Below, piece after piece: positions 57,741 to 64,000 of a stretch of 64,000 nt of DNA (positions are counted from its first letter, which is position 1; each line of letters opens with the position of its first letter). Under the pieces are notes generated by a model. It saw only the letters and a list, made by a program, of their open reading frames with translations, was not told the DNA's origin and made no database searches. The stretch is from Acidilobaceae archaeon. Its GTDB lineage: Archaea; Thermoproteota; Thermoprotei_A; Sulfolobales; Acidilobaceae. A program made the position numbers and the translations under genes. Location of the stretch: positions 672,001-736,000 of the forward strand of contig JAWAWX010000001.1 of the NCBI GenBank assembly GCA_038897215.1. The letters are read 5' to 3'.

Positions 57741-58921
57741 GTGAGAGAGCTGGTGATTGTAAGGTATGGAGAGATAGGCGTTAAGGGCCCTGCTACGAGG
57801 AGGCTTATGGAGAGACTCCTAGTCTCAGCTCTAAAGGAGGCTCTAGAGAGACACGGAGTCCGGGGGGTCGTAGAGAGGTCTGAAGCTCGAGTATACATAT
57901 GGGATCCGAGCGATGTTCAGAGAGCTCTCTACGCTTCATCGCGAGTATTCGGGGTCAAGTCCGTGTCTCCAGCTCACCACATCACATTCAGCGACCTCAA
58001 CGACCTCGTTAGCAAAGCCAGAGACCACTTCGCTGAAAGAGTTAAAGGCAAGAAGTTCAAAGTAGAAGCTAGAAGAGTTGGCTCGCACGACTTTACAAGT
58101 ATGGATGTAGAGAGAGCTCTAGGAGCAACTCTCCTCGAAGCGGGAGCATCAAGAGTAGACCTCAAGAGCCCAGAGTACGTGGCATACGTGGAGATACGTG
58201 GTAGAAACGCTTTTTTTACGATAGAATCGTAGAGGGCCCAGGAGGTCTACCTCTAGGTAGCGAGGGGAGAGTTCTAGTACTCTTCAGTGGAGGCTTTGAC
58301 TCTACCGTGGCAGCCTGGAAGCTGATGAAGAGAGGCTGTAGAGTAGACTTGCTACATTTCCATCTAGGTTACAACGAGCCTCTCAGAGTAGCAGTAGAGG
58401 CAGCCAAGTATCTCGCGGATAACTGGAGCTTCGGTCATGACATGAGACTTCTAGTCGTAAACTTCAGGTCTCAAGTTATGGCTCTAGAGGGGCTGGTAAG
58501 CCCCCCATATAGGACTCTAGTGCTTAGAAGACTCATGCTAGAATACGCTGAGAAACTAGCCGAGAAGCTGGGAGTAGAGGCTCTCGCTCTAGGAGACTCT
58601 ATAGGTCAGGTCTCTAGCCAGACTATAAGAAACATTTATCTAGTAGAGCGAGGTCTAGGAGTCCCGGTTCTACGCCCCCTATCGGGTTCTGATAAAGACG
58701 AGATAGTCAAAGATGCAATCAAGATAGGGGTCTATGATATAGTGAAGAGGCAGATAGAAGTGTGTGCTGTAGCTTCTCACGCAACCCCTAGAGGAGACCC
58801 CCGAGTCTTCGAGAAAGAATATGGGAAAGTCAGAGGGCTAAGTGCTCCAGAACCCGTAGTGATCGATTTGAAGAAGAGAAGTATCGAAGAGATCCTGGAG
58901 GTTCTAGGTGTTAGAGGTTGA
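57741..58921 (+). pseudogene. thiI: tRNA 4-thiouridine synthase ThiI split by a one-base frameshift at the T7 run 58211-58217
   Basis: The THUMP half (RYGEIG.KG, VFGV, VDL..P) stops at TAG 58232. The -1 frame continues YDRIVEGPGGLPLGSEGRVLVLFSGGFDS into ORF 58307..58921 (GDSIGQVSSQT, RPL...DK). Confidence 0.88.
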
Positions 58922-59373
58922 GATTGAGAGACGAGAATTCTATCGCGTTAAAGTGGGTAGAGGGCTACGCGTTAGTATCGATGAAGAGAGGAAGCATAAC
59001 GCTTGATTTTGAGAACGCGTCGATCTCGTTAACTGAGAGAGAGATCGAGGTATCCGAGATTAGGGTAAACGTGAGACAGTACGATAGAAGAGACTCGACT
59101 CTCATATATCTCGACTTTGAGGAGCAACTAGTAGGTAGGAGGCTCGAGCAGGTAGCGAAATCGAGTGACCGCGTAGACTTCACTCTAGACTCATGCATAA
59201 TCTCTTACACGAGAATAGGAGAGCTCGGCTACTATATCACGATACAAGCTTCTACAGGCTTTCTCTACGACTTCGTTATAGTGACACCCTACATGGTAGC
59301 CATAAAGACTCGCTATAGGAGAAGAGCGTACATCATGTCTTCAGATTCTAGCACCAAGATCTTCCTAGTGTAG
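58918..59373 (+). CDS. Hypothetical beta-rich protein
   Basis: 151-aa ORF overlapping the thiI stop by 4 nt. Confidence 0.65.
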   Translation: MRLRDENSIALKWVEGYALVSMKRGSITLDFENASISLTEREIEVSEIRVNVRQYDRRDSTLIYLDFEEQLVGRRLEQVAKSSDRVDFTLDSCIISYTRIGELGYYITIQASTGFLYDFVIVTPYMVAIKTRYRRRAYIMSSDSSTKIFLV

Positions 59374-59491
59374 TACTCTAAGAGCTCAAGCTACTCGATC
59401 GCGAGAGAGAAGACACCAGAGAACCTGATTTAAGTTCACTCTAGAGAATATCAACGCAGATTCTTGCTCTAAGTGGTGGGGGTGGAAGCTA

Positions 59492-60400
59492 GTGGATATA
59501 CTCGTAACAGGATCGATCGTGTTCACGGGAAAAGAAGTCATTAAAAAAGGCTACGTCTACATACGCAGTGGTAGAGTTGTTGGAGTAGGCGAGGAACCCT
59601 ATCCTGAGGAGTACTCATACGCAAATCTCATCCTCGGAGGACCGGGGAGGGTGGTCGTCCCAGGGCTGACAGCAGTAGCTAGTCTCCCATATTATCCGCT
59701 TAGGCTGAAAAGCTCGAGCTTAAAGGAGAGGGTAGAGTTCTACAAGAGCCTAGACCTCTCTACACAATTCCTGCTCTCTCTGCCTGCTCTCTACGACCTC
59801 CATATGAGTGGAGTGTCTACAGTCATAGTCGAGTCTATAGATGCAGAGCTCCCCCTAAGGCTCAGTAGAGAGATCGGGGGGTTCTACGGTCTCGCTCTTC
59901 CTGTTTGTGTCGAGAACAGAGTAAAGCATGTAGAGGGCTTAGTCGCAGTAGTCAGAGTAGCTGGCGAGGGCTGTGAAGGCGAGGCCGAGATCGTAGAAGT
60001 CGGCGGGCTAGGCTATAGTAGAGGCTCTAGAGTCCTAGGGTTCTTCTCAGGCTACTACTACACCACCTCTTCAGGCAGTAGCGAGAACCCCTGGCTGGAG
60101 TCGCTAGAGCTAAGGAGAGCACTAATGCTACCCGATTCAGCGATCAAGCCCGGGAGACTGGCTGAGATCGCTGTCTTCGATGGGTCTAAGCCGCCACTCC
60201 TTCTAGCTGAAAACTACCTCAACGAAGACACGATAGTAGATATCTACAAGCTGGGTCTTAGAGTAGAGTCTCTCATCGTGGGGGACGACGTTCTTGTAGA
60301 TGTTGGAGACCATCTATACATAGCCGAGAAGCACTTCAAGGAGGCGAGAGACTTAAGCGATAGGATGAGAGCAAAGACCCTCTCCTCCAAGAGCCGCTAG
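59492..60400 (+). CDS. Amidohydrolase-like protein lacking the metal-binding HxH
   Basis: N-terminal beta domain GYVYI..G.V..VG...VVPGL and C-terminal IKPGRLAEIAVFD; no HxH. Confidence 0.7.
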   Translation: MDILVTGSIVFTGKEVIKKGYVYIRSGRVVGVGEEPYPEEYSYANLILGGPGRVVVPGLTAVASLPYYPLRLKSSSLKERVEFYKSLDLSTQFLLSLPALYDLHMSGVSTVIVESIDAELPLRLSREIGGFYGLALPVCVENRVKHVEGLVAVVRVAGEGCEGEAEIVEVGGLGYSRGSRVLGFFSGYYYTTSSGSSENPWLESLELRRALMLPDSAIKPGRLAEIAVFDGSKPPLLLAENYLNEDTIVDIYKLGLRVESLIVGDDVLVDVGDHLYIAEKHFKEARDLSDRMRAKTLSSKSR

Positions 60401-60431
60401 CAATCAAAGACTCTACATAGCAGACGCTCCA

Positions 60432-60565
60432 GTGGGGGTCGCTGAGAGGACTCTTCGGAGTCATTTTAGCCTAGTCCTAGACTCCAAGCTTTGAGTAAGC
60501 TAGAGTAGCGAATACATCTAAGAGTACTTCTGCGAGAAGCACTAGGGAAGCGGGCAACCCCCACA
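60432..60565 (+). ncRNA. Candidate structured small RNA
   Basis: Closing stem GTGGGGGT/ACCCCCAC, hairpin GACTC-TTCG-GAGTC, stem CCTAGT/ACTAGG and ACA at 60563-65. Confidence 0.4.
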
Positions 60566-60619
60566 TCTATCCTCTACCTAGATTAAGCCTCGAGCTGGCT
60601 CGAGCTAGCGGGGGGCGGA

Positions 60620-62149
60620 GTGTCGACTTACGTGACTGATATCGACGTGCTGGTTAACGGGACGCTGAGATCAGCTATTGAGAGAGGCGAGGTTAGGGGA
60701 GTCGTTCTAGTTCATAAGATACTCGTAGACTTCCTGCAACTAGAAGCGAGTAGAGGCAAGGCTCTAGGCTTTACTGGGATCGAGGAGCTCCGAAGACTCG
60801 CGGAATCTGTCAAGATGAGAGGTAGTGTGGAGCTTAGGATTGTAGAAGAAGACTATAAGCCTCCTAGAGACCTCTCAGAGGAAGAGGTTAGGAGAGTCGT
60901 CAGAGACTACGCTTGGAGACTCGGAGCCACTCTACTGACCTCAGACCCTCTCCAGGCCTCAGTGGTCTTAGCTATGGGCGGGTCTTCGGTATATCTGGCT
61001 AAGAGGTCTGCTGACAAGCTGGCTTTCGAGAAGTTCTTCGACTCTAGGACGATGAGTATTCACTTAAAGGAGGGGGCTCCTCCTCTAGCTAAGGTCGGGT
61101 CTCCTGGTAGGTGGGTTTTTGTAAGATTACGAGACTCCCCGATGACTAGAGCAGAACTCGAGGAGATAGCTAGAGAGATACTCGAGGAAGCAGGGAGAGG
61201 CAGAGGGTTCATCGAGATCGATAGAGCAGGCTCGGCTATAGTCCAGCTCGGGGACTACAGGATAGTGATAACGAGACCCCCTCTGAGCAACGGGTGGGAG
61301 ATAACAGCAGTCAGACCTATAGCCAAGTTATCACTCGAAGACTACAATCTGCCGGAGAAGCTGGTAAAGAGGCTACTCGAGAGAGCAGAGGGGATCCTCG
61401 TAGCGGGGGCTCCAGGCATGGGTAAGACCACGTTTGCTCAAGCACTGGCAGAGTTCTACGCTAGAATGGGCAAGATAGTTAAGACTATAGAGTCTCCTAG
61501 AGACATGAGGCTACCCCCGGTGATCACGCAATACTCGAAGACTTATGCTGAGATCGGAGAGCTTCACGACATCCTGCTACTCTCTAGACCCGATTACACG
61601 GTGTTCGATGAGCTTAGAACAGATGAAGACTTCAGACTCTACGTAGATCTGAGGCTTGCTGGTATAGGCATGGTGGGCGTTGTGCACGCAACTAGCCCTA
61701 TTGACGCTATTCAAAGATTCTTGAATAGAGTAGAGCTAGGCATGCTACCTAGCATAGTTGACACGGTAATATTCATTAGCGAGGGCAAAGTAGTAAAGGT
61801 CTACGAGCTAGCCATGACAGTCAAGCTACCATCAGGACTCAGAGAGGCAGAGCTCACAAGACCCGTGGTCGAGGTGAGAGACTTCATCACAGGAGAGTTA
61901 GAGTACGAGATATACACTTTCGGAGAGCAAACAATGGTAGTGCCCGTCAAAAGCCTGAGTAGAGCTAAAGAAGCCAAAGCTGAAACGCTAATCAGGAAGC
62001 TAATCCCAGAAGCTGAGGTCGCAGTCAGAGACGAGATTATAGAAGTCAAGCTACCAAGAGTCAAGAGCTCTCTCACAGCTAGGAAGCTGAAAAAGCTCAA
62101 GAAGATAGCGGACAGCTTCGGCTTCGAGCTCAGAATAGTTTCAGACTAG
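60620..62149 (+). CDS. PINA: PIN-domain, VirB11-like ATPase with KH-like C-terminus
   Basis: N-terminal PIN domain, TMSIHLKEG, GAPGMGKTTF, ESPRD, DELR, HAT..IDAIQRF and EYEIYTFGE motifs. Confidence 0.9.
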   Translation: MSTYVTDIDVLVNGTLRSAIERGEVRGVVLVHKILVDFLQLEASRGKALGFTGIEELRRLAESVKMRGSVELRIVEEDYKPPRDLSEEEVRRVVRDYAWRLGATLLTSDPLQASVVLAMGGSSVYLAKRSADKLAFEKFFDSRTMSIHLKEGAPPLAKVGSPGRWVFVRLRDSPMTRAELEEIAREILEEAGRGRGFIEIDRAGSAIVQLGDYRIVITRPPLSNGWEITAVRPIAKLSLEDYNLPEKLVKRLLERAEGILVAGAPGMGKTTFAQALAEFYARMGKIVKTIESPRDMRLPPVITQYSKTYAEIGELHDILLLSRPDYTVFDELRTDEDFRLYVDLRLAGIGMVGVVHATSPIDAIQRFLNRVELGMLPSIVDTVIFISEGKVVKVYELAMTVKLPSGLREAELTRPVVEVRDFITGELEYEIYTFGEQTMVVPVKSLSRAKEAKAETLIRKLIPEAEVAVRDEIIEVKLPRVKSSLTARKLKKLKKIADSFGFELRIVSD

Positions 62150-62366
62150 CCCTCAAACCAAGCTATCGACTCCAGAGGCTCCCCGCAGAGCCCGCTATTA
62201 TGCTCAATGAGATAAACGAGTCCCCCAAGCTTCTCCTCAGCCCGCTCCTCCAACGAGCCCAGCGTCGAGCATGGAGAGCGGAGAGAATCTCATCGAATAC
62301 AATCAAGCTCGAAGGATACGGTGGTAGTAGAGTGAGAAATAGATGGAGATGAGCGATGAGAAAGAT

Positions 62367-62393
62367 GCCCCAGGGGCATAGCGCCCCTGGGGC
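62367..62393. terminator. Perfect 11-bp GC hairpin just downstream of speH, followed on the - strand by a pyrimidine-rich tract
   Basis: GCCCCAGGGGC-ATAGC-GCCCCTGGGGC. Confidence 0.45.
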
Positions 62394-62399
62394 TGAACC

Positions 62400-62786
62400 C
62401 TATTCCAGGACTCTCTCGAATTCCCGGAGCTCCACGCGGCGAGGCTTTAGAACAGAGACTATGTAATCGAACGCAGCTCTAGGGTTCGTATGCTTCCCGC
62501 ATGTGTAGACATCTACGGTGGCAAAGCTAAACTCGGGCCACGTGTGTACAGCTATGTGACTCTCTAAGACTATAGCTACAACGGATGCTCCTAGCCCTAT
62601 CTTCCAAGCTTTGATATCTAAGAGCGTCATGTTCCCTATCTCCGTTGCTTCAATAACTGTTTTCTTCAAACTCTCGACATCCATCAGTATATCTACTCTA
62701 TCGCAGTCTAGCAGATTTCCAGCTACGTGGTAACCGTATACTCTAGGTTTTCTCGTAGTCTCCAAGCTTCTAGCTATTGTCTCCAT
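62400..62786 (-). CDS. speH: S-adenosylmethionine decarboxylase proenzyme
   Basis: ESH cleavage site and [25 protein letters not shown] matches the crenarchaeal AdoMetDC rather than the ArgDC paralog. Confidence 0.88.
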   Translation of the reverse strand: METIARSLETTRKPRVYGYHVAGNLLDCDRVDILMDVESLKKTVIEATEIGNMTLLDIKAWKIGLGASVVAIVLESHIAVHTWPEFSFATVDVYTCGKHTNPRAAFDYIVSVLKPRRVELREFERVLE

Positions 62787-62818
62787 GACCCCCCACCCCC
62801 CGCCCCCCTCGAGGGTAT

Positions 62819-63667
62819 ATGAGGGGTATTTTTATACTTAACTCTGTGCTTCACTCTCGAGTGGGTGAGCTGGGTCTCTTGTCGCTAGAGCTTATCGGCA
62901 CTCATACGGGATTGAGGGAGGCTGTTTCCACAGATGTTCTCTTTATCACGACTTCTAGAGGGGTTTTTGAAGCTCTCAGGCGGAGTCTAGATAAGGAGCT
63001 AGAAGAGTATAGAGGCAAGCCTGGCTTCACAGCGGTCCTGGGCAGATACTCTGATAGAGAAATGTTACTAGCCTGTATTCCTCCGTACTCTCACGCTATT
63101 GTAGACTCTATCAGAGAGTTCTACGTGGTAGGAGTCAGAAAAGTGATTTTCTTTAGTGAAGGGCTTAGATTAAAGGGGGAGCACGAGGCTCTCTTAGCTA
63201 TATCAGCTTTACCCAGAGACTCTGCCTCGAAGCAGATAGCTTCTCTCAGCCTGCCTCCCGTAGCATCTCTGACTCTTCTCCAAGCTCTCCTCGGCGCTAG
63301 AGGCTTTAGTGGAGAGAGTGTTGTTCTTGAGAGCGGAGTTAGCGTGGCTCTAGGGACTGCTATCAGTGTAGATAGCTTAGCTAACGAGAATGCTTTAAAG
63401 AGAGTCCTCGTGGAGTCAAGGAAGCTTAGAGGAGCGATAGCTATCGATTGCTGTACTTCTGCTCTCTACTCTCTACACCACGTCTACGCCATAGACTCTC
63501 TCTCAGTTATCCTCATGGCTCTCGATGTCTCGAAGGCTAGGACGTTCCTTCCATCAACAGAAGCTGAGAGAGTCTCGGAGACTGTGAGAGAGCTATCTCT
63601 CAAGATCTTCCCGATACTCTTCGAGAAGGTGGTTAAGAGTGGGGAAGAGAGTAGAGTGCAGAGCTAG
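62819..63667 (+). CDS. Degenerate nucleoside phosphorylase-fold protein (start probably GTG ~62861)
   Basis: E...VGVRKVI, A..RD.AS, PPVAS and S.D motifs; [10 protein letters not shown] replaces the usual VEME. Confidence 0.55.
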   Translation: MRGIFILNSVLHSRVGELGLLSLELIGTHTGLREAVSTDVLFITTSRGVFEALRRSLDKELEEYRGKPGFTAVLGRYSDREMLLACIPPYSHAIVDSIREFYVVGVRKVIFFSEGLRLKGEHEALLAISALPRDSASKQIASLSLPPVASLTLLQALLGARGFSGESVVLESGVSVALGTAISVDSLANENALKRVLVESRKLRGAIAIDCCTSALYSLHHVYAIDSLSVILMALDVSKARTFLPSTEAERVSETVRELSLKIFPILFEKVVKSGEESRVQS

Positions 63668-63836
63668 AGACCTCCTAGACTCTGTCTACAGTAGACTTGA
63701 GATTCTGGAGTCTCATCTGAGAGTCAGAGTATCTGAGGAGAGAGGACTCCCGGTGATCCTAGAGACTTTAGACAAGATATACGATGAGCTAGCTCTACTC
63801 AAGAAAGAGATTGATAAGTTATGCGGCACCATCTAG
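63639..63836 (+). CDS. Small coiled-coil hypothetical protein
   Basis: 65 aa with an amphipathic heptad pattern. Confidence 0.5.
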   Translation: MGKRVECRARDLLDSVYSRLEILESHLRVRVSEERGLPVILETLDKIYDELALLKKEIDKLCGTI

Positions 63837-63913
63837 CTATCGCGCTAAAGCCGAGGAGTCGAGACTCTCCTGCTAGCGAGCAAGAAGCCATAGCTAGACC
63901 CTTTACTCTCTAG

Positions 63914-64000
63914 CTATCCTCGACTTTCCTCTCTCACTGGCTTCACGAGAAGCACTGGCCCCTCTTTGTCTATGACTAAGACCTTCTCTCCTTTCGATAT
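63914..64000 (-). CDS. C-terminal end of an NfeD-like protein (5' part outside the window)
   Basis: ISKGEKVLVIDKEGPVLLVKPVREESRG* resembles the NfeD OB-fold terminus. Confidence 0.55.
   Translation of the reverse strand: MSKGEKVLVIDKEGPVLLVKPVREESRG

Overview
This is a compact chromosomal segment of a (hyper)thermophilic crenarchaeon (Thermoproteota). The ribosomal proteins S17e, L40e and L2, PCNA, FEN-1, archaeal PEP carboxylase, a BHB tRNA intron and very frequent TTG/GTG starts suggest Desulfurococcales/Acidilobales. It holds mostly housekeeping genes: a LysW-dependent lysine/arginine cluster (LysX plus an ArgX-type paralog), a Tat-exported membrane [NiFe]-hydrogenase with HypA, Mrp-type HypB and HypF, a Psr/Phs-type molybdoenzyme operon, CysRS, LeuRS, AlaX, XerA, a RecQ-family helicase, a photolyase, PINA, ThiI and two tRNAs. 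I found no CRISPR array, transposase or provirus. The most notable signals missed by the ORF track are: (1) an unannotated ~480-nt GC-rich, highly self-complementary region at ~23.0-23.5 kb that shares ordered motifs with a second ~135-nt structured element at 60.4 kb; (2) a clean single-hairpin H/ACA guide RNA between xerA and recQ with a predicted 23S rRNA target; (3) hypA with no ATG/GTG/TTG start able to give the full-length protein, implying a CTG start; (4) thiI split at a T-TTT-TTT slippery site; (5) the leuS stop codon lying inside the antisense T-loop of an intron-containing tRNA-Pro. All calls come from reading the sequence by eye; no searches or folding were run.
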